Source of the DNA: Candidatus Bathyarchaeota archaeon | GTDB taxonomy: Archaea; Thermoproteota; Bathyarchaeia; Bathyarchaeales; Bathycorpusculaceae | NCBI GenBank assembly: GCA_963772455.1 | Contig: CAVYXJ010000010.1 | Coordinates: forward strand, 352,001-416,000 | Direction: 5' to 3' | Length of the DNA: 64,000 nt | In this document: piece by piece, positions 50,803 through 64,000 of the stretch | Layout: the number at the start of each line of letters is the position of its first letter | How positions within the stretch are numbered: the first letter of the stretch is position 1 | Translations under genes and position numbers: made by a program | Notes under the pieces: model-generated | The model's database searches: none | What the model was told of the DNA's origin: nothing | The model's input: the letters and a program-made list of their open reading frames with translations, nothing else

Positions 50803-51102
50803 ATTGACCTCGAATTTTTCAAAGAGCAAAGTGAAAGTGAAATCTAAATTAATGGTTTTGTTAGTTCAAAATTATATATTTGAAAACGCAACGTTATATT
50901 TTTATTAAAACGGCATAAAGCATCTTATTCAGCACTATGAACGATATTTTTACATGTTTAAAGCAAAAATATCCATTGAGGTATGTGTTGGATAAGTTTT
51001 AGAACAAGAGTTTTCTTAGTGTAATGCAGTTAACTTAAAGAACAAGCAGCAAATATACTAAAGTTCGCAAACTTAAAACAGGGAAAGTGGTGTAGGCTAC
51101 AA

Positions 51103-52629
51103 GTGGCTCAAGCAACCTTCGAAGAAATTAGCGCATCGGACTTTTTCTACCGAAACCGAGACATCGCAGGCTTAACTAACCCATCCCGCGCAATCTTCGT
51201 AGCCATAAGAGAAATTGTAGAAAACTCATTAGATGCAGCGGAAAGCCAAAAAATTCCACCAGACGTATACGTACGCTTATCCTATGAGGGAGAAGCCACC
51301 AAGGAAACTCAAATCTACAAACTTCGAGTTGAAGACAACGGAAGTGGAATACCACCCAGATTCATTCCATCAGCGTTTGGTCAAGTGCTCTACGGCAGCA
51401 AGTACAAACTCAAACAGGCAAGAGGCACTTTTGGCTTAGGCGGCAAAATGGCAGTACTCTACGGACAAATCACAACCCACCAACCAGTTTTTGTGACATC
51501 AAGCACAGGGCAAGAGAAAATTTATAGCTTCAAATTAATGATCGATATCCAACGCAATAAACCCATCATTTTAGACCGCAAAGTCCTCATCAACAAGGAC
51601 CAATGGCGTGGAACCATCGTTGAATTCACGTTGGAAGGCGATTACCTTAGGGCTATGCCCAAAATCATTGAGTACTTCAAGCAAACGGCTATGGTTAACC
51701 CCTATGCAAACATAACGTTTGTTGATCCTAAAGGCAGACTCTACAAGTTTGTCCGAGGAACGACCGTTATGCCTGAGTCACCCAAAGAAACCATGCCGCA
51801 TCCATACGGCGTGGATGTTGAACTCCTTCAAAGGCTAATCCAGATAACAACTAGCAATAATATGTCTGACTTTTTGAAAGTTCACTTTCACAGAGTAGGC
51901 GGAATAACAGCTCAAAAATTCCTTGATTTTGCAGGTATTCCTCCAAGCAAAAACCCCAAAAAACTATCACACGAAGAAATTGTACGGTTAATGCAGAACC
52001 TCAAAAAATACAAGGATTTCCTGCCGCCAGACGCCAGCTGTCTCTCACCTCTGGGTGAAGATTTGCTTAAAGCTGGTATCATTAAGGAGCTTAAGCCAGA
52101 ATATCTTGTTGTGCATCAGCGTAAACCATCCACATATGCTGGTCACCCATTCATCGTTGAGTTAGCTATGGCATATGGAGGCGATGTGCCCAAGCGAGGC
52201 ACTTTCGTGATTTACCGTTTTGCCAACAAAATCCCGCTGTTGTACGATGAGGCAAGCGATGTTTCTTACCGTGTAATAGCAGCCATGAATTGGCGTCGCT
52301 ACAAAGTTGCGCCTGAAATGCCAATTGCAATAGTCGTACACATCTGCAGTACTAAAGTTCCATACAAGACAGTGGGAAAAGAATTCATTTCTGACCGACC
52401 AGAAGTGCGAAGAGAAGTTGCAAACGCTCTGCGTGAAGTTGCGCGTCAACTGCAACATTTCCTCTCAAAACAGGAACACGTGCACAATGAAAAGAAACGA
52501 CTAGGTATTTTCAGCAAGTACCTCCCAAAAATCGCCGAATTCTCAACCACATTAGCTGGAGAAACGAGGAAACCTGACATAGAAAAATTACTAAAGAGTG
52601 TACAGAAGTATGGCGCAGAAGAAAATTAA
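51103..52629 (+). CDS. top6B: DNA topoisomerase VI subunit B
   Basis: EIVENSLDA, EDNGSGI, RGTFGLG, RFANKIPL. Confidence 0.97.
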   Translation: MAQATFEEISASDFFYRNRDIAGLTNPSRAIFVAIREIVENSLDAAESQKIPPDVYVRLSYEGEATKETQIYKLRVEDNGSGIPPRFIPSAFGQVLYGSKYKLKQARGTFGLGGKMAVLYGQITTHQPVFVTSSTGQEKIYSFKLMIDIQRNKPIILDRKVLINKDQWRGTIVEFTLEGDYLRAMPKIIEYFKQTAMVNPYANITFVDPKGRLYKFVRGTTVMPESPKETMPHPYGVDVELLQRLIQITTSNNMSDFLKVHFHRVGGITAQKFLDFAGIPPSKNPKKLSHEEIVRLMQNLKKYKDFLPPDASCLSPLGEDLLKAGIIKELKPEYLVVHQRKPSTYAGHPFIVELAMAYGGDVPKRGTFVIYRFANKIPLLYDEASDVSYRVIAAMNWRRYKVAPEMPIAIVVHICSTKVPYKTVGKEFISDRPEVRREVANALREVARQLQHFLSKQEHVHNEKKRLGIFSKYLPKIAEFSTTLAGETRKPDIEKLLKSVQKYGAEEN

Positions 52630-53731
52630 GATAACTGAAAGAAAACAAGAGGTCCTCAGGAGTCTCAAGAGCTTTGGCACTTCGATTTACAAGCAACTCG
52701 ACCAATGCGTTTTCCCTACAGTTAAAATGCCCAGCCGCTCTACGGAGAACATCAATTATGATCCAGCTCTGCGTCAATTCATATTAGGCGAAAAAAACGT
52801 TGACAGAAGCACACGAAACATTCGCCACATTAAACCATTTACTCAACTTGCTTGGGTTGCAATGTTTAGCAATGAACTCACTAGTCAACGTAAAACCTCA
52901 ACTTTAAGAGATGTCTACTACTCTGCACAAGCCTACGAGATGACCTTTGCTGATCAGCAGGAATCAAACAACATAATCACCGACCTTGAAACACTCACAG
53001 GTTTTGCAAGAGAAGACTTCAATATTTTCCCCGAAGAACGAAGCGCAATTTTCGGAGATTTAGAGATTGGTTATACCGTTCCGGGCTATGAAGGTAAAAC
53101 CGTGAATTTAACTAGTCATCCAGACGGTGTACTCATTGGGCCAGCGGTTACCTCTGCAGAGTTCATAAAAACCACTGCTGATAAAGTCATAGCCATAGAG
53201 AAAGGTGCCCTGTTCACAAGGTTTATCGAAGAAAACGTCCATAACAAACATAAATCGCTTTTGATTTCGTGTGGTGGGCAAGCACCAAGACAAACCCGTA
53301 GCTTCATCCGTCGATTACATGATGAGCTCGGGCTGCCAGTCTACATCTTGACTGATGGTGATCCATGGGGAATGCACATTGCCCAAGTCATTATTTCTGG
53401 TTCAGCCAACGCAGCACACCTCCGCGACCTAAACACTCCAGACGCAGTTTGGAGCGGCGTTTGGGCATCAGACATTGTGGAATACAAATTACCAACCGAT
53501 CCACTTGATGAAGTAGACATTAAACGGCTCAACGAATTAGCCCGAGATCCAAGATACCAAAACGACCCCATCTGGCAACGTGAAATCAAACTTGCCCTCA
53601 AGATTAAGCGTAAGACAGAATTGGAAGCTTTCAGTAGATACGGCTTAACTTACATAGTGGATGAGTATTTACCAACTAAACTCGATCAGAAACCCAAAGA
53701 GGAAGGCCGCGAGACAGGCAAGAAAGGATAG
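52610..53731 (+). CDS. top6A: DNA topoisomerase VI subunit A
   Basis: TLRDVYY (catalytic Tyr), IEK, TDGDPWG Toprim motif, KTELEA. Confidence 0.96.
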   Translation: MAQKKIKITERKQEVLRSLKSFGTSIYKQLDQCVFPTVKMPSRSTENINYDPALRQFILGEKNVDRSTRNIRHIKPFTQLAWVAMFSNELTSQRKTSTLRDVYYSAQAYEMTFADQQESNNIITDLETLTGFAREDFNIFPEERSAIFGDLEIGYTVPGYEGKTVNLTSHPDGVLIGPAVTSAEFIKTTADKVIAIEKGALFTRFIEENVHNKHKSLLISCGGQAPRQTRSFIRRLHDELGLPVYILTDGDPWGMHIAQVIISGSANAAHLRDLNTPDAVWSGVWASDIVEYKLPTDPLDEVDIKRLNELARDPRYQNDPIWQREIKLALKIKRKTELEAFSRYGLTYIVDEYLPTKLDQKPKEEGRETGKKG

Positions 53732-53853
53732 TAACAAGCTCAAGTTTTAATAATCCTTGATTTTAACTTGGAATGCTAACATAGCATATGAAAAATACTT
53801 CTTGCTTGTTATAAAAATGATTTTTTAATGAATGATTTATCTTTTTTTCTTTC

Positions 53854-53928
53854 GGTAAGACGCTATTGAGTATCCGCTGCGATGACTCTTCAGTCATTAA
53901 GAAATCCACTCCATAAGCGACGCCTACC
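53854..53928. ncRNA. Putative structured ncRNA hairpin
   Basis: Minus-strand pairs GGTAGG/CTTACC, CGCT/AGCG, TATGGAGT/ACTCAATA, a 10x10 internal loop and ATGACT-GAAG-AGTCAT. Confidence 0.4.
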
Positions 53929-54071
53929 CAATTATCCCTAAACACAACATTTTTTTATAAAAACATTCACATTTAATGTAAACTGAAACCAAAGTTTTTT
54001 TTGCTTAGACAAAGTTTTTATGCGCGTTTGAAACTCTTACAATTCCCCGTTAAGACAAAGGATGATTCAAG

Positions 54072-54893
54072 ATGGCCCTACAAAAAGGAGATTTCATATT
54101 AATCGATTATGTAGCGAAAGTTAAAGAAACAAACGAAGTTTTTGACACAACAAAAGAAGATGTAGCAAAAAAAGAGCATCTCCACAAAGAAGGACAAGTA
54201 CATGAACCAGAACTTGTGGTTGTTGGTGAAGGCTGGGTTCTAAAAGCACTTGATGAAGCTTTAACAACATTGGAATTAAACAAACCTTGTACCGTTGAAA
54301 TTTCACCTGAAAAAGGCTTCGGACAAAGAGACCCAGAAAAAATCAAACGAGTTCCAATAAAACAACTCTATGCAAAAGAAATTAACCCAGTCATTGGAGC
54401 ACGCATAGAATACCAAGGAAAGAACGCAACTATTCGCTCCATAGGCGCAGGAAGAGTCCTTCTTGACTTTAACGCTCCTTTAGCCGGAAGAACCCTCATT
54501 TATGACGTTACAGTAACAAACAAACTAGACAAAATCCCAGAAAAAATCGGCGCCTTAGTTCACCGCAGAGTACCAGTAGTTGAACAAGATAAATTCAAAT
54601 TAACACTAAAAGGCTGTGACTTAACAATAGATATGCCTGAAGAAACTTTCTATGTTGAAGGCATACAAATCGCTAAACGCGGTATAGCCATGGACATTCA
54701 AAAGTTTGTTCCTGAATTATCTGAAACAAAGTTTGTTGAAACCTTCAAAGCTGAACCTAAACCAGTCACAGCTACTCCAACTCCAACATCGACAACTCCA
54801 AAAACTGAACCAGAAACAAAAACAGAAGCAGAAGCTACAGCAGAAACGAAACCTGCAAAAACTCCAAAAGCAGCAAAAGCTGCTAAGGCATAA
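54072..54893 (+). CDS. FKBP-type peptidyl-prolyl isomerase (long archaeal type) with Thr/Pro/Lys/Ala tail
   Basis: KGDFILIDY, FDTT, PEKGFG, DFNAPLAGRTL. Confidence 0.92.
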   Translation: MALQKGDFILIDYVAKVKETNEVFDTTKEDVAKKEHLHKEGQVHEPELVVVGEGWVLKALDEALTTLELNKPCTVEISPEKGFGQRDPEKIKRVPIKQLYAKEINPVIGARIEYQGKNATIRSIGAGRVLLDFNAPLAGRTLIYDVTVTNKLDKIPEKIGALVHRRVPVVEQDKFKLTLKGCDLTIDMPEETFYVEGIQIAKRGIAMDIQKFVPELSETKFVETFKAEPKPVTATPTPTSTTPKTEPETKTEAEATAETKPAKTPKAAKAAKA

Positions 54894-55029
54894 CTGTTCC
54901 AAACAGTTTTTTCTTTAATTTAATTATCATTTTTTGAATTTTGCTGATGCAATTAGGCACATTTTTTTTCAGTTGAAAACAGATATTAAATCTTAAAGAA
55001 TTTACACAATTCAATCTATCTATCTGGAT

Positions 55030-56118
55030 TTAGTCTATTGTTCCTGTTGCCTTCGCTACTCTCTCACATGCTTCAGTGTTAAGGTTTAGCTTATGCAGGA
55101 TTGTAAATCGTTCAGGTCTTATTTTCGGTGCTAACTCAAGTGCTTCTATCAAGTCTGTATCTTTTACACCTAATTCAGCGGCGGTCGTTGGTGCACCAAG
55201 TTGTTTAAGAGTTTTTTTTATACTTTGCCAATTTGCTCTATAAAGATAAGCAGTCAAAATTGCGCCGACACCGCATTGTTCTCCGTGCATAGCTTGGTTT
55301 GATCTTACCCTATCTAATGCATGGCTAAAGAGGTGTTCAGAGCCACTACAGGGACGACTGCTTCCAGCAATGCTCATTGCAACTCCACAACTAATCAAAG
55401 CCTCAAGAAGAACTCGTAAGCCTTCATCTTGTCTATAAACAATTAAATCAGCGTTCTCAGTCACCAATTTAGCACTCATCAAGGCTAAACTTGCAGCATA
55501 TCCACCATAATACTCGTTATTTTCCATGTGAGCCAGCTTCCAATCTTTCACAGATGAGAACTTGGAGATTACATCTCCGCATCCGCTAACCACAAACCGC
55601 CAAGGAGCCTTGGAAATCACTTCAGTATCCGCAATTATTGCCAACGGTGCTTGTGCTAAAATGGAGTATGGCTTGTCTGAACCTTTGATTGAAGCAAGGG
55701 GGCTTGCAATTCCATCATGAGAAACTGTAGTTGGAATGCTGATGAAGGGAATGTTTTGGGTGCAAGAACTGATTTTTGCTGCATCAATAATAGTTCCACC
55801 GCCAACACCGAATAGAACTTGGGGTAATGTAGCCTCGATTCGTTGTTCAATTGATATTAAATCTTTTTCGGACATGGCTTTTATCTGAAGAACATCAACT
55901 TTCAAACCCGCTTGCTCAAGAAGGCAGCAAACGGTTTTTCCAGCTAACTCATAGCTCTTTGAACCGGCAATTACCAAAGCTTTTCCCTTAATATTTAATC
56001 GTCTTACAACTTCGGGAACTCGGCTTAGGGTGCCGTTTCCAACAATGACCTCACGTGGAAGCTGCATGTAATGGTAACTTAAACTCAAATTAGACCACTG
56101 TTTAACTTGCAAAGACAT
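55030..56118 (-). CDS. egsA: sn-glycerol-1-phosphate dehydrogenase
   Basis: GGGTIID, SHDGIASP, SSRPCSGSEH, HGEQCG, RPERFTIL. The true start may be slightly downstream. Confidence 0.95.
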   Translation of the reverse strand: MSLQVKQWSNLSLSYHYMQLPREVIVGNGTLSRVPEVVRRLNIKGKALVIAGSKSYELAGKTVCCLLEQAGLKVDVLQIKAMSEKDLISIEQRIEATLPQVLFGVGGGTIIDAAKISSCTQNIPFISIPTTVSHDGIASPLASIKGSDKPYSILAQAPLAIIADTEVISKAPWRFVVSGCGDVISKFSSVKDWKLAHMENNEYYGGYAASLALMSAKLVTENADLIVYRQDEGLRVLLEALISCGVAMSIAGSSRPCSGSEHLFSHALDRVRSNQAMHGEQCGVGAILTAYLYRANWQSIKKTLKQLGAPTTAAELGVKDTDLIEALELAPKIRPERFTILHKLNLNTEACERVAKATGTID

Positions 56119-56368
56119 AGTTCGGGATGGATGCTTTAAAACTTTGGGAAATATAGCACATTTACAACCAAGATATCTGAGATAAAAAGTTCAATTAAAG
56201 GAAAAAAAATAACACTAATGGTTCATCCATAAAATAAACATCTTTTGATGTGGTTTTAGGTCCAAATAATATTTGAAAAACAAATGCATAATCAAATTTT
56301 GCTTCTAAAATATGTCATGCTTAAATACCGATTATTCGTTTATTGGTTTTTAAGGAGACACAAAAAAC

Positions 56369-56647
56369 ATGCCCGCCATTGAAGTCGGCAGAATATGCGT
56401 AAAACAAATAGGTCGAGAAAACGGCAAAAAATGCGTCATCATCGACGTCATGGATAAAAGCTTCGTCTTAATAACAGGACCCAAAAAAGTAACAAGCGTT
56501 AAACGAAGACGCGTTAACCTTAACCATATCATGCCCCTACAAGACAAAATTGAAATAAAAAGAGGCGCTTCAGATGAAGAAGTTGCCCAATGCTTAGAGG
56601 CTTCAGGCAAACTCAAAGAAATGACTGAATCAATAAAAACAGCCTAG
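56369..56647 (+). CDS. rpl14e: 50S ribosomal protein L14e
   Basis: IEVGRICVK..GRE.GKKCVI, TGPK..VKRRRVN. Confidence 0.96.
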   Translation: MPAIEVGRICVKQIGRENGKKCVIIDVMDKSFVLITGPKKVTSVKRRRVNLNHIMPLQDKIEIKRGASDEEVAQCLEASGKLKEMTESIKTA

Positions 56648-56710
56648 TTTTAAACTTTAATTACTTCAAATTTCTTTTTCTTAAAGCCAGTTAGGAGAAA
56701 AAAGCCGAGA

Positions 56711-57742
56711 ATGCCCAGAACAACCCCTCCATGGGAAATCAAACGTGAACTTTTAACCAAAACAGAGGACACTACCAACCCAAAATATGGCTGTAAACCA
56801 TCTGAGCGACCGGCAAAAGAATACATCAAATACGGAACCATTAATTTGGATAAACCGGCTGGTCCAACAAGTCACGAGGTTGCTGCTTGGGTTAAAAGGA
56901 TCATGCATCTTGAAGCAATTGGACATGGAGGAACCCTTGACCCTAAAGTAACAGGCATTTTACCCATTACATTAGAAGACGCAACAAAAATGGTTCAAGC
57001 CCTTCTCTACAGTGGCAAAGAATACATCTGCGTCATGAAACTGCACGGTGACGTTCGTGAAGACCAAGTTAAACGTGTTCTTGTAGAGTTTGAAGATGAA
57101 ATTTATCAACGTCCACCACTTCGTTCTGCAGTTAAACGGCAACTAAGAACAAGGCGAATTTACTATAATGAATTTTTAGAGTTTGATGGGCGAAATGTGC
57201 TCTTTAAAGTTGGCTGCGAAGGTGGCACATACATTCGTAAACTCTGTTTTGACATCGGTGAAATCCTCGGAGTTGGGGGACATATGCAAGAACTTCGACG
57301 TTCACGTGCTGGACCTTTCATTGAAACCAGCGCAAAAAAAGTAACCTTGCATGATGTGGCTTATTGGTTTGGCGAGTATGAAGAGAAAAAGGAACAATCG
57401 ATTTTATGTAAATTCATTGAGCCCATGGAAGTTGCATTGATGCAATTACCGAAAATTGTTATTCGCGACTCGGCTGTTGATGCAATATGTCATGGCGCTA
57501 ATTTGACTGCGCCAGGTGTGCTGCAAGTTGATACAGGAATCATAAAAGGCTCGACAATCGCGATTTTCACCCTGAAAGGTGAGGCTGTTGCATTGGCGAA
57601 GGCTCTTGTTTCAACTCAGGAAATCATGGATTTGAACCATGGAGCTGTTGCTGAACTTGCAAGAGTGTTAATGCCGCGGGGCACCTACCCAAAAGTCTGG
57701 AAGACTGGTAGCGCACATGAGCAAAAACCCAAAGCACGTTGA
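56711..57742 (+). CDS. cbf5: RNA-guided pseudouridine synthase Cbf5
   Basis: DKPAGPTSHEV, GHGGTLDP, GTYIRKLC, ELRR, PUA domain. Confidence 0.96.
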   Translation: MPRTTPPWEIKRELLTKTEDTTNPKYGCKPSERPAKEYIKYGTINLDKPAGPTSHEVAAWVKRIMHLEAIGHGGTLDPKVTGILPITLEDATKMVQALLYSGKEYICVMKLHGDVREDQVKRVLVEFEDEIYQRPPLRSAVKRQLRTRRIYYNEFLEFDGRNVLFKVGCEGGTYIRKLCFDIGEILGVGGHMQELRRSRAGPFIETSAKKVTLHDVAYWFGEYEEKKEQSILCKFIEPMEVALMQLPKIVIRDSAVDAICHGANLTAPGVLQVDTGIIKGSTIAIFTLKGEAVALAKALVSTQEIMDLNHGAVAELARVLMPRGTYPKVWKTGSAHEQKPKAR

Positions 57743-58338
57743 GCACTATTTTTCTTCTGCGCCTCAGTCCCATGAACGTTTCGGGCTTATTCGAACTAGC
57801 TTATGCGGTAAATCCTTCGAGTTTTTAACTGCATCAAGCGTTTTTTCGAAACGAAAAATTGATTGCGGTACTAGATTGCTCATTGAATCTATGATTCTCC
57901 CCACAACAGGATACATTCTTGACTTAGGATGCGGATACGGAGCTGTGGGCATCTCTGTTGCAAAATTTAATCCTAAATTAAATGTGATCATGACAGATGT
58001 AAATGCACGTGCAGTGCGTTTAGCTAAGAAAAACTTAACATTAAACAGAGTATATCAATGCTGAGGTACGGTACGGATTCTTTTATGAACCTGTCGAAGA
58101 TTTCAAGTTCAATTGCGTTCTCTCTAATCCACCTGTGAGTGCAGGTATGGAAACAGTAAAAGCAATTGTGACAGGCGCTCCAAAAGTGATGGCGCCAGAA
58201 GCAAGTTTTCAGATGGTTATACGATCTAAAATAGGAGCAAAAATATTGCCCGCATTGTTTACAGAAACCTTTGGCAACTGTGAGGTTGTTGCACGAGAAA
58301 GCGGTTTTCGAGTACTTATGGGCAAATCGAAAGGTTAA
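57717..58338 (+). CDS. Class I SAM methyltransferase (RsmC/MTS-like); indel near 58050
   Basis: EHYFS, VFS..ID.GT, LDLGCGYG; continues in another frame with SNPP. Confidence 0.85.
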
Positions 58339-58644
58339 AGAATTCTTAAGTAAAATTTTTTAATGCCTTTCGAATTATTCGTCTTCTTGAAATTATAATT
58401 CCTGTAAATCTGAACCAAAGTAGATCAAAAGTCTTATTTCTCGAATAAAAGTGGTATTTGCATTTTTATTGAAATCGGAACCAAGTTGTTACTTCTAATT
58501 ATGTTTAGGTGTAGATGGTCAAAAAAGGGATTCTGTCCAATAATTCCACAGTTGAGACAAGAAATAATTTTTGCTAAAGTACCGCAAACTTGAAAAAGCT
58601 ATTCTGCCATAACAGAAGAAAACAGTGTTAGGCAGTGGACTAAA

Positions 58645-58878
58645 ATGAAGTTAAATAAAGTCGACGAAAAAGTCTTCAAAACCCTCAAAGAGGAAGGTAA
58701 GGAATTAACTCTTCAAGAATTAACTGACAAAACGGGTGAACCCTGCAAAAAAGTTTTCAAGTCACTTAAGAAGTTTTTCGAGCACGAAATCATCGAGACC
58801 AAAGCACGCAAATATTCGTTAACCGGCAAGGATCCAGCGGCAAAAGAAGAAGAACCCGAATCTGCACCTGAAGAATAA
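58645..58878 (+). CDS. Small winged-helix-like protein
   Basis: Helix-turn-helix-like pattern with an acidic tail. Confidence 0.65.
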   Translation: MKLNKVDEKVFKTLKEEGKELTLQELTDKTGEPCKKVFKSLKKFFEHEIIETKARKYSLTGKDPAAKEEEPESAPEE

Positions 58879-58885
58879 AAATTTT

Positions 58886-58962
58886 TGGAGCCTCGAGCGG
58901 GCCTTGCTCCCGCGGCCTGCTGCTTACAAGGCAGCCGCTCTACTGGGCTGAGCTATCGAGGC
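58886..58962 (-). tRNA. tRNA-Thr(TGT) with non-canonical D/T loops; CCA encoded
   Basis: Identical to 47586-47659 except at anticodon position 34. Confidence 0.92.
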
Positions 58963-59518
58963 ACCCAACCAACAAACCCAGATTACACCAACAAATAAAC
59001 CTTACACAAATAAAAGTTACTACTGTCGCAAAATCATTTTTTATTTGTTTTCTATTAAAAAAAATTTATTGAATGAACCAGACAGATAGAAAGGTCAAAA
59101 TTTCATGAGGAGTTATGGACACGGTTGTTGTGAGAACATGATAGCTCTTAAAAGGTCCTGCAGACAACTTAACGTTTCTTTTAAAATAGTGTCTGGCCTA
59201 TCTGAAATGGTGCAAAATATTCTCTTGTTGTTCTATAAAGAACGACAATCTTATATGACTGAGTGTAGCTAGTAAGGTTCCCCACATATGCAACTCGGCA
59301 ACGAAATGTTTGCGCGAGTGAAGAAGCAAAAGAAGCAAGCGATGTATCAAAACCCCGACGACAACCTCACTGCAGCTCAACGATACACTTATATTAACGG
59401 AATCTGCTTCTATTGCAATTCAGCAATATGGGTTATACCATAAAAACTGATGCAACTCCCCACCTAATCAGTGTGGAGTGAAGGGTGAGTTGAGTTCCTG
59501 ATCACTGGGAATTCACAA

Positions 59519-62731
<3,213 letters not shown>

Positions 62732-62988
62732 TATTGCTTAGAATTTTCTTTTTTTTTATTATTTTTGTTATTTTATGGATAGAGTAAAGAAAGATTTTTA
62801 TTAAAAAATCATGTTGTATTTGGTTTTTCATTGTTTACTTATGGGTGTTAGTTTGTAGCCTTTTTTTTATTTGATAATCTGAGTAGTTAACTGTTGGGAT
62901 TGAAGCTGGGAAAACAATTGTCCCGATTAGTTTAGTTGTTTTTGAGTAAAAGTTAAATCTTCATTACAGCTAAGATTCGCTGATTGAG

Positions 62989-63228
62989 ATGGATAGAGTG
63001 CCTCTTTGCCCTACATGTTTTATTGAGATGAAACCTAAATGCAACAAAGAAAAAAAGGTAATTTATCATCAATGCCCCCAATGCGGGACCCTCATATTAT
63101 TCACTCATTCGGGCATTAATCTGTTATTTAAAATAGACTTTTGTATGATTAGTGTGAGCAAAATGTTATTTTGCATACGAGTTTTGAAAAAGACATTCGC
63201 TTATGAAAAGGATCAGGAGATGAAATAG
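62989..63228 (+). CDS. Small zinc-ribbon hypothetical protein
   Basis: CPTC...CPQCG. Confidence 0.5.
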   Translation: MDRVPLCPTCFIEMKPKCNKEKKVIYHQCPQCGTLILFTHSGINLLFKIDFCMISVSKMLFCIRVLKKTFAYEKDQEMK

Positions 63229-63239
63229 ATTCTTAAAAA

Positions 63240-63467
63240 TCAGGCGTGGACAACAGTTTCAGTTATGGTTATGCCACTAATTTCAAACACAGTATCTCGA
63301 ATGCGTCGTACATCCTCAAGGTCTTTTCCTTCTGCATAAAGAATAACGTCATAGTTACCCATAACAGAATGTGAAACTTTTACCCCTTGAATCTTAAGTG
63401 ATGCATGAACAACATTCTTGGATTCTCCTATCCTGGTTTTAATTAACATATAGAAAGGCACTACCAT
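63240..63467 (-). CDS. Lrp/AsnC ligand-binding-domain protein
   Basis: YMLIK, VMGNYDVI, I..I.GI..TET. Confidence 0.85.
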   Translation of the reverse strand: MVVPFYMLIKTRIGESKNVVHASLKIQGVKVSHSVMGNYDVILYAEGKDLEDVRRIRDTVFEISGITITETVVHA

Positions 63468-63930
63468 AGTGTTTCCCCAATGTAGAATTATGTGAATGCC
63501 AAAATGTAAATCTTGCTGTATTTTTCACGCCATTGACAAGAATAGATTTGTATTTGGAATTGTCCCAAAGTCATTTGTAAGAGGCTAAGCGTGAAGGAAG
63601 TGATGTTGATTATGAAACTATCAATGTAGCAGTTGTTTGACTCCTAATTAATCTCGACCTGAATCCTGTATTCATAAAATCTATTATGTTGTAAGTGAAT
63701 GTGTTTTTGATCCAAAATGAAGAGTCAAAAAGTTGAAACTTGCACATTGGAGTTTCCGATTATGGTTGACTTTTTTGATTTAGGCACTGTTGAACAGGTA
63801 GTTGAAGAAGCCTTCATTAAAGAACCACGGAAACGAAAAAGAAAAACCTAAAAATCATAAACAAACTTTATTAAAAATTGAAAAAAAATAGAAATTGTAA
63901 TCTAAAAAAAGTGAAGTTTTGGCGATTGCT

Positions 63931-63999
63931 TTATTCGCCCCAGTCTTCACCTTCAATCGTTAACTCTTGAAGATCTATGCATCCACCTCCATCACTTAT
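63931..63999 (-). CDS. C-terminal end of a gene running off the window
   Basis: ...ISDGGGCIDLQELTIEGEDWGE*. Confidence 0.4.
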   Translation of the reverse strand: MSDGGGCIDLQELTIEGEDWGE

Positions 64000-64000
64000 T

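Noticed and set aside
53923-53940. Minus-strand TAGGGATAATTGGGTAGG resembling an I-SceI homing site
   Set aside because: Partial match only; there is no homing endonuclease or intron in the window.
54760-54890. Repetitive ACTCCAA/GAAACAAAA sequence
   Set aside because: It encodes the low-complexity tail of the FKBP and is not an array.
2311-57991. Antisense and nested ORFs in the track (for example 12863-13327, 26662-27111, 50235-50588)
   Set aside because: Shadows of well-supported genes, with no recognisable motifs.
63717-63851. 44-aa ORF MKSQKVETC...RKRKRKT
   Set aside because: No motif or clear SD; cannot be supported without homology.

Overview
Archaeal chromosomal window, about 38-40% GC by eye. 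Gene content and style suggest a TACK-group organism, most likely Bathyarchaeia (inference). It is mostly housekeeping: smc-scpA-scpB, rps8e, srp19, gltX, an Aeropyrum-type mevalonate/isoprenoid cluster (mvk, AcnX large and small subunits, UbiD-like decarboxylase, ipk, fni, GGPP synthase) interrupted by toxin-antitoxin modules, eno-rps2-MEMO1, aIF5B, a Lon-like protease, serA/glyA, DtxR-FeoA/feoB with two perfect operators, ABCE1, topo VI, egsA, rpl14e-cbf5, four tRNAs, and a stand-alone 23S rRNA with a BHB processing stem. Many conserved genes (eno, mvk and others) carry single-base indels, most likely assembly errors. The most notable observations are: (1) two otherwise identical tRNA-Thr genes that both replace the near-universal G18 and T54-U55 elbow residues with A18 and an AGCAAGG T-loop; (2) a 2.7-kb integrase-less islet (hcp plus a corrinoid-like protein lacking the His ligand) bounded by a 15-bp duplication of the tRNA-Ser 3' end; (3) a C/D-box guide RNA and three unexplained rod-like intergenic RNA candidates; (4) several microproteins below the ORF-track cutoff, including a 22-aa Glu/Trp peptide upstream of ABCE1. 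No database searches or folding programs were run; all calls are from motifs and pairing read by eye.
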